Below are positions 9,085 through 18,487 of a DNA stretch of 37,983 nucleotides, one piece after another. Within the stretch, counting starts at the first letter, position 1; every line of letters begins with the position of its first letter. This DNA is from an uncultured bacterium (GTDB lineage Bacteria; Ratteibacteria; UBA8468; B48-G9; JAFGKM01). Below the pieces are notes generated by a model. It did no database searches. It was not told the origin of the DNA and saw nothing but the letters and a program-made list of their open reading frames with translations. The stretch is from positions 1 to 37,983 of the forward strand of contig CAYOYL010000036.1 of the NCBI GenBank assembly GCA_964408175.1. Direction: 5' to 3'. The position numbers were made by a program, and so were the translations under genes.

Positions 9085-9160
9085 CTCTTTTCCCTCCTTG
9101 TCATAAACTATAGATTGATACTTCAAGTTAAGAAAAACACTATTTCTCTTTACCCTTTTT

Positions 9161-10999
9161 TCATTCCCAGACAATCTTAAGAGCAAAGATGTTTTTACCT
9201 TCGACAGTATATATGTATTTACCATCAGGCATGACATCAATAAAATTGACCTTGCCGCTCAGATTGTACTCCCACAATTGTTTCTTATCGTGAGAGAGTA
9301 AATAAACATATTCCCCTTTTTGCCCTGACAGCAATTCTATAACCTCGGGTTTAAAAACCGAGTACTGTATCTCCTGTCCTGCATTAAAACTTAAAAGTTC
9401 ATTTCCGTCCGAGTCAAAAACAAAAGTTTTACCTGTTTTATTAACTGCACAACTATAATTGTTTGATGATACCTTTATATCCGTAACACTACTACTTAGA
9501 GTTTTTTTCCATAAAATATTTCCTTCGTCCGAAAAACACCAGTAAGCCCCATTTTCCATACCTGCATATACCTTAGTTGAATCCTCTGTTATTCTTATCA
9601 CTGTGGCCCACTGTGGAATAGTTTCCTGCCAGAATGTCTCACCTCTATTGTCTTTGAATATCACCTCATTGTTGATACCTGCAACTAAAAATCTACCACT
9701 TCTTGAGATATCCAGTGCTCTCCCATAATTTCCAACTTTTTTACTCCATCTGAGCCCGCGAACTTCATCAGCAAAATAGACTATGCCGTCCAGGGCTAAC
9801 CATGAATAATATTTTCCGCAGGGAGAAATTGCAACCTTTATAATCTTGTTAGTTATCTTAAACCTTCTTAGAACCACACCTCGCTCGTTTAAAACGTACA
9901 CCGTGCCGCTTTCACAACCTGCTATTATCCTGTTCCCGGTAGAAGAAATTTTAAAATCACTTACCAGGTCATCTGTTTCATAACTCCATAGTAACTCATT
10001 CTCAGGCAAAAATAAAACTGATGGTATTTCCTTGCCCTGAAATTGAAAAGTAAAGCGCCTCACAAGGTTTGAAAGATACATATAAGACTGGGTCTTGTAT
10101 TCATAATTTTCAAACCAGATTCCTCTCAGCGGGTCAAAAACGTCTATATGGAAAATAAAATAGCTGTCTATCAGTGTTAAAGATGGTCTGAGTATATAGT
10201 CAGCATTCAACATCTTCCCTATCTTTGATAATTCTTCAGAATACTGGAGGTCCTCTTTAGTCAGGTTTTCTTCTGATAGAACCCTATCAAAGTCCTTCCT
10301 TTTTACTGTTGAAAAATTTTCCATCTCAAGGGCTTCACTGGCAAAAATCTGCTGGAAATCACTTTTTATAAAATCCTGTACATTGGAAAAAAGAACATCA
10401 AACAATAAAATGTTAGTTTTTTTCAGCCTTAGATTTAGATTCTTTATTCTACCGTTAAGATAACTCAATGAAAATTTCTTTCCATGAAAGTTTTTGGCTT
10501 CTATAACACGGTACATATTTTCATAAACTATTTTGGCTTCACGCATCCTGTCTTCTTTTTGAAATATATCCGCCATTTTTGCCATATAATCCGTGTCTGG
10601 GACAATGGAATGCAAGATATACTTTTCATAATACTCCAGAGATTCTTTCATCCTATTATGTGAGTACGCATAATCTCCTATAATTCTGTACATATATGCA
10701 TCAGGTGTTGCATACCTTAGCATCTCAAGTGCATCTCTATCATCCTGTGGCCATCCGTTGGGCCATGTCTCTGCCATGAAAGGTTTTACCTCTTCAACCT
10801 TTCTTTCAGCACGGCGCAAAAACGAATCTGCTACTTTCCACCTTCCTGCACTGTCTTCTTTGTCCGCACGCTCTATGTATGTCCACACTCTACGGGAAAA
10901 AACAGCAGATAAAGACCTGTTTTTCTCAAACCATTCACTGCTGTAGGCAGCAGTTATTGTAAAAAACAAGATAATTGATATTATCTTTATTTTTGCCAT
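9161..10999 (-). CDS. exported protein with TPR-like N-terminus, CsgG/TolB-N-like middle domain and WD40/PQQ-like beta-propeller
   Basis: Signal peptide. TPR-like helices (IIGDYAY...ESLEYYEKYI). FDRVLSEE...IGKMLNADYIL segment. Repeated blades such as ISSTGNRIIAG, ISPCGKY, ISRSGRFLVAG and G-x-x-LW. Confidence 0.75.
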   Translation of the reverse strand: MAKIKIISIILFFTITAAYSSEWFEKNRSLSAVFSRRVWTYIERADKEDSAGRWKVADSFLRRAERKVEEVKPFMAETWPNGWPQDDRDALEMLRYATPDAYMYRIIGDYAYSHNRMKESLEYYEKYILHSIVPDTDYMAKMADIFQKEDRMREAKIVYENMYRVIEAKNFHGKKFSLSYLNGRIKNLNLRLKKTNILLFDVLFSNVQDFIKSDFQQIFASEALEMENFSTVKRKDFDRVLSEENLTKEDLQYSEELSKIGKMLNADYILRPSLTLIDSYFIFHIDVFDPLRGIWFENYEYKTQSYMYLSNLVRRFTFQFQGKEIPSVLFLPENELLWSYETDDLVSDFKISSTGNRIIAGCESGTVYVLNERGVVLRRFKITNKIIKVAISPCGKYYSWLALDGIVYFADEVRGLRWSKKVGNYGRALDISRSGRFLVAGINNEVIFKDNRGETFWQETIPQWATVIRITEDSTKVYAGMENGAYWCFSDEGNILWKKTLSSSVTDIKVSSNNYSCAVNKTGKTFVFDSDGNELLSFNAGQEIQYSVFKPEVIELLSGQKGEYVYLLSHDKKQLWEYNLSGKVNFIDVMPDGKYIYTVEGKNIFALKIVWE

Positions 11000-11000
11000 T

Positions 11001-13631
11001 TCACTCCTTAAAATAAAGTATCCCGAACTGTTCTGGATTATCTATCCTACCACTCCATGAAGTTACGGGTATATGTTCAGATTCCCTCTGGAAGTTTATG
11101 CTCCACCTGTCCCCTTGAGAAATCTCTTCAACCTTTAAGTCTTTCAAAGGTATTACAATCTCAACAAGCCATCGTCTATCCTCAATCTTAGTTTCCACTT
11201 TCCAGTCAGATATCCAGAGTCTTTCTGGTTCATCATCACTATAAAATTTCCATATGTAACAATACCTCACATGCTTTAAAGGGTGTATAACAAATTGATA
11301 CCACTCTCTAAAAGAATTCAGGGGATTGATGGAAAGCGTGATAAAATCTCTTGAATTGAGGCTGATTTTTGAAGTATCAGGGTCGTCGCAGATAAAAAGA
11401 AAGTACAGGTTACTTTCATCATAGGCGAGTGTAACCTTTGTTTGTATCTCAGATTTAATATTTTCTTCGTAGACCTCAATGAAAAGACTTTCTTTCTCTG
11501 CTGTCTGCCAGAATCTTTCTCTATCCAGTCCGTCTATCTCTATAATCTGTTTGGTTTTGCTGGCATTTGCAACCTTTGGACTTACTTCCCTGATGCCCAA
11601 CTTTTCAAAATGCATTTTTTCTCTTGTCTGGGCAATCTTATTCCGTAAGGATAAGGGTATTGACCTATCCAGCAGATACCGATTAGCAGATGTCCTCACC
11701 GGTTCAATGCTCTCCTCAGAGAGTCTGATAAGAACTTCCATACCCTTGTCTTCTCCCATGCGCGCAAGGGCCCATGCACAGGTAAGTTTAACATCCAGTT
11801 CGGAATCAGTCATTTGTTCCAAAAGGATAGAAACCGCCCTTCTATCTTTTAAAAACCCGAGTGTTTCAGCCGCTCTTCTCTGATGTTCAGGATTATCACT
11901 TTGAACATATCTGATAGCTACAGGAAAAACATTTTTCTTTATTCCCATCTTAGATAGTGACCATGCACATATCAACTGCATTTCAGGGTCAAAATGTCTC
12001 AGCCCTTCTGCAAGAAGTGGAACTGCCCCCCTATCTTCTATTTCTCCCAGTGCAAGAGCTGCTAACTTTTTGATTGACACATCCGATTCCTTCATCATAT
12101 CCCTTACGCTACGAGATAAAATCTTATCAGGCTGCTCCCTTATAAGATTTAATGTTTTCTCACGCACCTCAGGATATTTGGAGGAAGCCATATTGAGCAA
12201 CAGCCCGGGAAGTTTTTTTGCCCCGATTAGAGCATCCACCCTTTTAATCGCAAAAAGACGTTCAGACTCTTCAAGACTGTTCATTTTTACACGCATTTCT
12301 CGCATCACCACATTCAAAATATCTGAGGCTTTACTCCTCACCCTCGGAGAAGCATCATTACTTTCAAGATAGGTTATTGTTTCAAGGTAATCAGTATCAA
12401 ACCTGTCAAGGTCAAAGAAAGATTTAATCACGGTATATCTTACGAGAGAGTCAGAATCCACTTTTTTAGACAGAATAAATTTTTTGACACTGCTGTCGCC
12501 GATTTTCCCAAGTATCGTTAAAGCAGAGAGGCGGGAATCCAATGAAAATGTTTCATCGTCAATAAATCTTTGCAGGACGATTAGAATAAGTGGGTCATCA
12601 ATTTTCTCAATCAGTCTTGAAGCATATTCTTTAACCTCTTCTGAAGGGTCTGCAAGAGATTCTACTATTGCCGGGTAAGTTACGGGGGCATTAAACTTTT
12701 CCAGTGCCCAAAGCGAGTAAATCCTCACTGTCTCATTGCTGTCCGAAAGTCCTTTGGTCAATCCTGCAATCCCCTCTGTCATTTCAAGATTAACGAGAGT
12801 TTTAATACCTTCTATCTTTATCTTGACAGATTCTTCAGCCAACAGAGATTCTATTTCTTTACCGCCCTCTTCGCTTTTAAAGTTTTCAATTGCCCAGAGA
12901 GCCCTTATCTTAATCTCATTATTCTCGTCGGAAAGCATCTTTATGAAATATGGAATAGCCCTCTTATCATCTGTAGATTCAAGTAACCACAGACTTCTTA
13001 TTCTTATTTCAGGGGTTAAACTTTTTGTTTTATCCAGAACCGGTTTAATCCTGTTTTCAGGTAGTTTTTGAAAGGTATTTCTGGCTTCATCCCCTCGCAT
13101 TAAAACCAGCAGGGACCACAAAACCTTTTCGTTCACTTTTTCATTTTTATCCCGTAAATAACCTATGAGGTCAGAGACAACAGTTTCATCTCCATATTTG
13201 CCCAACCCCACAGCGGCGTAATACCTTACCTGCCAGTAGCTATCCCTCATTGCAGACTTGAAAACAGGAATCAGGTTCCCTTCACCATATTTTACCAGTC
13301 CTTTTATACCATAGAGACGTACCTGCCAGTAAGTATCCTCCAGCGCCATTTTAAAATAAGGATTACAGGTAGAATCACCTATATCTACAAGTGCAAGGAC
13401 TGCTTTACTTCTTATCTCCTCATTGCTCTCATTCTGAAGGACAGCACCCAGTTCCGGAAGATATATCTTGTTTTCCGCTTTAACTATACTTTCTATGGTC
13501 TGGATTTTCTTTTCAAAGGTTCCTGACCTCAAGGCCTCTATATTTATTTCTTCTCTACCTGAAACTCCCTTTGTTAAAAAAGCAAGCATTACCACAAAAG
13601 TCACACTTCTTATGGATATCTTTTTACTCAT
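11001..13631 (-). CDS. exported HEAT-repeat solenoid with C-terminal CBM9-like sugar-binding domain
   Basis: Signal-peptide-like N-terminus and many HEAT repeats (D-x-x-x-x-VR-x-x-A-x-x-ALG). The C-terminus IEIDG...W...TKVTLAYDESNLYFLFICDD...WLVEIVIPLKDL...WSINFQR...FGILYF is CBM9-like. Confidence 0.8.
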   Translation of the reverse strand: MSKKISIRSVTFVVMLAFLTKGVSGREEINIEALRSGTFEKKIQTIESIVKAENKIYLPELGAVLQNESNEEIRSKAVLALVDIGDSTCNPYFKMALEDTYWQVRLYGIKGLVKYGEGNLIPVFKSAMRDSYWQVRYYAAVGLGKYGDETVVSDLIGYLRDKNEKVNEKVLWSLLVLMRGDEARNTFQKLPENRIKPVLDKTKSLTPEIRIRSLWLLESTDDKRAIPYFIKMLSDENNEIKIRALWAIENFKSEEGGKEIESLLAEESVKIKIEGIKTLVNLEMTEGIAGLTKGLSDSNETVRIYSLWALEKFNAPVTYPAIVESLADPSEEVKEYASRLIEKIDDPLILIVLQRFIDDETFSLDSRLSALTILGKIGDSSVKKFILSKKVDSDSLVRYTVIKSFFDLDRFDTDYLETITYLESNDASPRVRSKASDILNVVMREMRVKMNSLEESERLFAIKRVDALIGAKKLPGLLLNMASSKYPEVREKTLNLIREQPDKILSRSVRDMMKESDVSIKKLAALALGEIEDRGAVPLLAEGLRHFDPEMQLICAWSLSKMGIKKNVFPVAIRYVQSDNPEHQRRAAETLGFLKDRRAVSILLEQMTDSELDVKLTCAWALARMGEDKGMEVLIRLSEESIEPVRTSANRYLLDRSIPLSLRNKIAQTREKMHFEKLGIREVSPKVANASKTKQIIEIDGLDRERFWQTAEKESLFIEVYEENIKSEIQTKVTLAYDESNLYFLFICDDPDTSKISLNSRDFITLSINPLNSFREWYQFVIHPLKHVRYCYIWKFYSDDEPERLWISDWKVETKIEDRRWLVEIVIPLKDLKVEEISQGDRWSINFQRESEHIPVTSWSGRIDNPEQFGILYFKE

Positions 13632-13746
13632 TTTTCACCCGTTTTGTAATAGAACAGGGGAATTCCCATATCCGCAATTATCTCTCCACAATATTCTGAT
13701 TCTCTACTTGTACAAAAACTTTTTTTGCAAACCCAAAACTCACTGC

Positions 13747-13760
13747 CAGGTTTAAACCTG
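13747..13760. promoter_or_regulatory. perfect 14-bp palindrome, candidate operator
   Basis: CAGGTTTAAACCTG, located between the putative promoter and the HEAT gene start. Confidence 0.3.
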
Positions 13761-13798
13761 CTGTATATTTATCATCAAACAGTGCACAATCTATACCC

Positions 13799-13827
13799 AT
13801 TTTACACAAAATCTCATAATTTGTAAA
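13799..13827 (-). promoter_or_regulatory. putative sigma70 promoter for the HEAT/WD40 operon
   Basis: Minus strand TTTACA (13827-13822), 17-bp spacer, TAAAAT (13804-13799). Confidence 0.5.
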
Positions 13828-13904
13828 GTCTTCTGTTGAATAATCGGAAATAAACCCATTTCCGTCATTATCCCCTTTCTTTTCTCCCGTATCTTTTCCA
13901 ATCT

Positions 13905-15302
13905 TTAATATTTCTCAGATAGTCTTTCTAACAATCCTCTCGCCACCCTGTCAACAGGTCCTGCACCTATGGTAAGTACAATATCATCCTGTCTAACAAT
14001 CTCATATAAATATTCAATGATTTCTTCAAAAGTGGGAAGATACAACGCCTCCTTACCGTTCCTTCTTATTTTTTCAACAAGAATCTGGGCATTGACAAGT
14101 TTTTTCTCCAGCATTGAATCTCTCACGAAATAGATATCGGGAACTACTACCTTGTCAGATTCAGAGAACGCCGCAGCAAATTCCTTAAGAAGAAAACGGG
14201 TGCGGCTGTACTGATGCGGCTGAAAAACGACAATCAATCGGGATTTTGGAAACATACTTTTTATACAGTTAAGCGTGAATTTTATCTCTGTTGGATGATG
14301 TCCGTAGTCGTCAATAACTGTGATTTTACCAACTTTCCCAAGTATCTCACACCTTCTGTGAACGCCTTTAAAACCTTCAAGTCCTTCTTTAATATCTCCC
14401 CATTCTACTCCTAAATGCCTGGCACAGGCAATAGCAGCAAGAGAGTTTTGAACATTTTGCATCCCCGATATCCCCAGTCTTACTTTTGCAACCTTTTTGC
14501 CTTCAAATAAACAGTTGAATTCAGAATGGTTTTTCACAAACCTTGCGTTTTCAGCGGTCCACTGTCCTTTTTTGAGTCCATAAGAAAGCAAATTTTTATC
14601 TTTCAATTTTTTTGTAATCTGTGAGATGTTTTTATCATCCGCACAGTATATTATCAGTCCTTTGTCGCGCACGTTTGCAAGAAATTCCGTAAACGAACGT
14701 TTAATATCTGTTATGTCTTTGTAATAATCCAGATGGTCTTTTTCTACATTTGTAACAATAGATATCTCAGGTGAGTAATGAAGAAAGGACCTTTTATATT
14801 CACATGCCTCAACAACAAGCAGGTTGCTGCTGCCGACGCCGGAATTCCCGATACCTCTAATCTCCCCTCCCAGCAAAAAAGAGGGTGAGTATCCTGCCTG
14901 CCTTAATATAGATACTATCAAAGATGAGGTTGTGGTTTTTCCATGCGTTCCTGCAACAGCAATACCTCTTCTTTTTCCCATAAGGCATCCTAATGCCTGT
15001 GGATAACTTATCAGGGGGATTCCCAATTCAAGAGACTTTTTATATTCAGGGTTATCCGGTAAAATTGCATGGGAATAAATAACCAGTTCTATATTCCTAC
15101 CCACAACATTTTCAGCCTTCTGCGGATGAAAAACCTTGATGCTTTTCTTTTTAAGTTCCTCAATTACCATGGAAAGGTTGTTATCAGAACCTGAAACTTT
15201 TTTGTCCATATCCAGCAGCAACTTTGCAAGGCCACTCATCCCCGTTCCGCCTATTCCGAGCAGGTGAATCCTGCTGACCTTATCAACAATGTTTTTCTCC
15301 AT
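13905..15302 (-). CDS. murC: UDP-N-acetylmuramate--L-alanine ligase
   Basis: GIGGTGMSGLA, GTHGKTTT, EACE, DHLDYY, DDYGHHPTEI and FQPHQYSRT. Confidence 0.96.
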   Translation of the reverse strand: MEKNIVDKVSRIHLLGIGGTGMSGLAKLLLDMDKKVSGSDNNLSMVIEELKKKSIKVFHPQKAENVVGRNIELVIYSHAILPDNPEYKKSLELGIPLISYPQALGCLMGKRRGIAVAGTHGKTTTSSLIVSILRQAGYSPSFLLGGEIRGIGNSGVGSSNLLVVEACEYKRSFLHYSPEISIVTNVEKDHLDYYKDITDIKRSFTEFLANVRDKGLIIYCADDKNISQITKKLKDKNLLSYGLKKGQWTAENARFVKNHSEFNCLFEGKKVAKVRLGISGMQNVQNSLAAIACARHLGVEWGDIKEGLEGFKGVHRRCEILGKVGKITVIDDYGHHPTEIKFTLNCIKSMFPKSRLIVVFQPHQYSRTRFLLKEFAAAFSESDKVVVPDIYFVRDSMLEKKLVNAQILVEKIRRNGKEALYLPTFEEIIEYLYEIVRQDDIVLTIGAGPVDRVARGLLERLSEKY

Positions 15303-16372
15303 TAATTTAATAACTCCATTATCTGTCTGACGTTATTTCCCTGAGAATCAGAGATAGAGGTTACTTTCAAACTTTGTTTTAAAGAGTTTAATTCCCTCAA
15401 GACTTTTTCAAATGATACAGGAAACTGTTCTATACCCTTTTGATTCTGTTCAAGTAAAATACAGCTCTTCCTTTTGGCAAAATAAAGGGCATTGTATTTC
15501 TGGTGTCCGCCGGCATAAGGATATGGGACAACAATCGCTGGTAGTTTCCACTCACTTATCTCAGCAAGAGTACCTGCACCTGCTCTGCATATAACAATAT
15601 CTGCAATGCTGTACAGTTTTGCCATATCAAAATAAAAATCAAAAACCTTTGTCTGTATGTTATGCCTGCGATAAGTTTCGGCTAAACATTCATTTCCCCT
15701 GCCGGCAAGATGTATAAACTGTATTTTTTGGGCCTTAAGATAAACAAGGCTTTTCATTACCATTTCGTTGATAAAGGCTGCACCCTGGCTCCCTCCCAAA
15801 ACAAGAACCGTTATATAATCCGGGGAAAAGTCAAATTCACGCAGCACCTCAGACCGTGAGAATCTTTTTTTAAAGTCACTGATAATAGGGAAACCTGTGA
15901 CAACTGTCTTGTCTTTAGGTAAATTGAAAAAAAAGGGAAATGAGAGAGCAATACGGTCAGCAATAAATACAGAAAGTCTTGTAACCTTGCCCGGGAGAAA
16001 ATTCTGTTCATGTACAAAAATTTTAATGCGGTACAATTTCGCAGCCAGTAAAAAAGGGACTGTTGCATAACTTCCTGTAACTACTATCCCGTTGAACCTT
16101 TCCTTTGAGAGAAACAGACATGTTCTAAAAAAAACATAAATGAATTTTACAGGGAACAGAAAATCTCTGAAAGATAATCTTACTTCAGGGATAACCGTAT
16201 ATTCAAATCCCTTTTTCTCCAGCCATGCAATCAGATATCTTCTGCGGGGGACAAAAAATTTTACTGTGACGACTCCTCTTTCTATAAGACCTTCTCCTAT
16301 TGCCAGACCGGGGAAAAAATGACCGCCTGTCGGTCCGCTTACTACAGCAACCTTCAGTTTTCCACTCCGCAT
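15302..16372 (-). CDS. murG: lipid II GlcNAc transferase MurG
   Basis: GPTGGH (variant of GGTGGH), HEQN, GGSQGA, RAGAGT and HQKYNA. Start probably ATG 16372, alternatively 16378. Confidence 0.93.
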   Translation of the reverse strand: MRSGKLKVAVVSGPTGGHFFPGLAIGEGLIERGVVTVKFFVPRRRYLIAWLEKKGFEYTVIPEVRLSFRDFLFPVKFIYVFFRTCLFLSKERFNGIVVTGSYATVPFLLAAKLYRIKIFVHEQNFLPGKVTRLSVFIADRIALSFPFFFNLPKDKTVVTGFPIISDFKKRFSRSEVLREFDFSPDYITVLVLGGSQGAAFINEMVMKSLVYLKAQKIQFIHLAGRGNECLAETYRRHNIQTKVFDFYFDMAKLYSIADIVICRAGAGTLAEISEWKLPAIVVPYPYAGGHQKYNALYFAKRKSCILLEQNQKGIEQFPVSFEKVLRELNSLKQSLKVTSISDSQGNNVRQIMELLN

Positions 16373-16378
16373 TGTCAT

Positions 16379-16387
16379 ATTATAACA
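16379..16387 (-). promoter_or_regulatory. extended -10 promoter (TGnTATAAT) directly upstream of murG
   Basis: Minus strand TGTTATAAT, 6 nt before ATG 16372, with no SD. Confidence 0.55.
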
Positions 16388-16483
16388 TAACACTTGATTT
16401 TTATTATTATAAAAAAGTAATATAATAGACTGTGGAAATTATTAACCCCTCACTGTGAAAGAGGAAAGGAGAAAAGGTTAAAG

Positions 16484-18487
16484 ATGAAAAAAGGTCTTAT
16501 TATAGTTGAATCACCTACAAAAGCAAAAACCATAGGGGAAATACTTGGCAAGGAATACAGGGTTATAGCAACCATGGGACATATAAGGGACCTGCCCGAA
16601 AATGAGATGGGGGTAAAGATAGAAAAAAACTTTGAGCCAAGATATGTATTAATTCCCGGGAAGAGAGCAATAATTGCAAATCTGAAGAAAACTGCGGGGG
16701 AACATAACGAGGTATATCTGGCAACTGACGAGGATAGAGAAGGTGAAGCCATTGCATGGCATATAACCTATGCCATAGGTAAAAAGCCTGATGAAGTGAA
16801 ACGCGTGGCATTTCATGAAATAGTCCCGGAAGCGGTAAGAGACGCTTTCAATTCACCGAGAAATATTTCTATGGACCTCGTTGATGCACAACAGGCAAGA
16901 AGAATACTGGACAGGCTCGTAGGATATACCTTAAGTCCCTTTTTAGGCAGGGGACTTTCAGCAGGAAGAGTGCAGTCAGTTGCACTCAAACTGATAGTTG
17001 AAAGAGAAAAAGAAATTGAAGATTTTGTTCCGCAGGTCTACTGGACAGTAAAGGCAGAAGCAGAAAAAAAAGGCAAAACCATACTTTTTACCCTTACTGA
17101 TATTGAACGTAAGAAAATAGAGAAATATGGGTTAAAAGAGGTAAAAACAGTTGATGAAATACTTGACAAACTTCACAACGGCAGACTTACAGTTACGGAG
17201 AAAACTGAAAAGATAAAACAGGTCAGCCCCTATCCTCCATTTATAACAAGCACGCTTCAGCAGGAATCTTCGATGAGACTTGGATTTTCATCCTCAAAAA
17301 CAATGTTTATAGCACAACAGCTGTATGAAGGAATTGCAATAGAAGGTAGAAACATCGGTCTGATTACATATATGAGAACTGATTCACCATCTGTGGCAAA
17401 GCCAGCCAGAACTCAGGCAATACAATATATAAAAGAAATTTTCGGTAACGCATATCTACCTGCAAAACCTCATCTTTACAAGAGTAAGTCTGCCTCCGCT
17501 CAAGAGGCACATGAGGCAATCAGACCCACATCCATTTTAAGAACACCGGAAAAGACAAAAAGTTCTCTAAATGAGGAACAATATAAACTCTATAAACTGA
17601 TATGGGAAAGGTTTGTTGCAAGCCAGATGAAACAATCTGAAATAAACAACACAAAACTGTTTGCAGAAAATGGGGAATACGGATTCACGGCAGAGAGTAA
17701 CTCCATAAAATTTGACGGGTTTATGAGGGTGTGGGAGACAAAAATTGATAAAGGCGAGGAACTTGTGTCAGGAATTCAAAAAGACGAGGTACTCAATGTT
17801 TTACGCTACATCAAGGAAGAACGTCAGACCAGCCCCCCGGCAAGATATACTGAAGCAACGTTGATTAAAACACTGGAAAAAAACAACATTGGCAGACCGT
17901 CTACATATGCCCCTACGATTTCAATTCTTCTCAACAGAGGATATGTAAAGATAGAAAAACGGGCATTGATACCTCTGAAGATTGGCAGGGTCGTTTATGA
18001 AATTCTGATGCACTTTTTCCCTGAGATAATAAAAACTGGCTTTACGGCAAAAATGGAGGACGACCTGGACAGGATAGCAACTGGCGATAGAAAATGGACA
18101 GACGTTTTACAAAAATTTTATGATGACTATAAGCCGCTGCTGTTAAAGGCTGAGAAAGATGTATCTGAGGTGAATGAAATATTTAACAGAATTCTGGTAG
18201 GAAACAGAACCTGTCCTAACTGCAAGATACCTCTTACGGTTAAAAAGGGAAGATATGGATTGTTTCTCGGATGTCCCAATTTCCCGCAGTGTAAATACAG
18301 AGAAAATATATTGAATGCTGAACAAACTTCCGAGGACAGAATCTGCCCTCATTGCAAAGTCCCCCTTGTTGTTAAAAGAGGCAGGGACGGTACATTTCTT
18401 GCCTGTCCTAATTATCCGAGGTGTAAATATACAGAGAGGATTAAAAAAAATGTTGGTTATTCCCGCCGTAGACCTAAAAAGCAGTAA
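16484..18487 (+). CDS. topA: DNA topoisomerase I (type IA) with two C-terminal zinc ribbons
   Basis: IVESPTKA, ATDEDREGE, SAGRVQ, ITYMRTDS (catalytic Tyr), AHEAIRPT, and two CPxC...CPNxPxC repeats. Confidence 0.97.
   Translation: MKKGLIIVESPTKAKTIGEILGKEYRVIATMGHIRDLPENEMGVKIEKNFEPRYVLIPGKRAIIANLKKTAGEHNEVYLATDEDREGEAIAWHITYAIGKKPDEVKRVAFHEIVPEAVRDAFNSPRNISMDLVDAQQARRILDRLVGYTLSPFLGRGLSAGRVQSVALKLIVEREKEIEDFVPQVYWTVKAEAEKKGKTILFTLTDIERKKIEKYGLKEVKTVDEILDKLHNGRLTVTEKTEKIKQVSPYPPFITSTLQQESSMRLGFSSSKTMFIAQQLYEGIAIEGRNIGLITYMRTDSPSVAKPARTQAIQYIKEIFGNAYLPAKPHLYKSKSASAQEAHEAIRPTSILRTPEKTKSSLNEEQYKLYKLIWERFVASQMKQSEINNTKLFAENGEYGFTAESNSIKFDGFMRVWETKIDKGEELVSGIQKDEVLNVLRYIKEERQTSPPARYTEATLIKTLEKNNIGRPSTYAPTISILLNRGYVKIEKRALIPLKIGRVVYEILMHFFPEIIKTGFTAKMEDDLDRIATGDRKWTDVLQKFYDDYKPLLLKAEKDVSEVNEIFNRILVGNRTCPNCKIPLTVKKGRYGLFLGCPNFPQCKYRENILNAEQTSEDRICPHCKVPLVVKRGRDGTFLACPNYPRCKYTERIKKNVGYSRRRPKKQ

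Noticed and set aside
9085-9240. 52-aa extension of the Gfo/Idh/MocA ORF
   Set aside because: It overlaps the upstream gene. The SD and Rossmann motif indicate a start at 9084.
13705-13914. Minus-strand open stretch containing EF-hand-like DNDGNGFIS
   Set aside because: No start codon upstream of the motif, position 12 is not Glu, and it overlaps a likely promoter. Probably chance.
18208-18432. Duplicated sequence at the topA 3' end
   Set aside because: These are ordinary tandem zinc-ribbon domains of type IA topoisomerase.
18315-18449. N-terminal extension of the HisA-like ORF
   Set aside because: It lies in an alternate frame of the topA zinc ribbons. Homology begins at ATG 18450.
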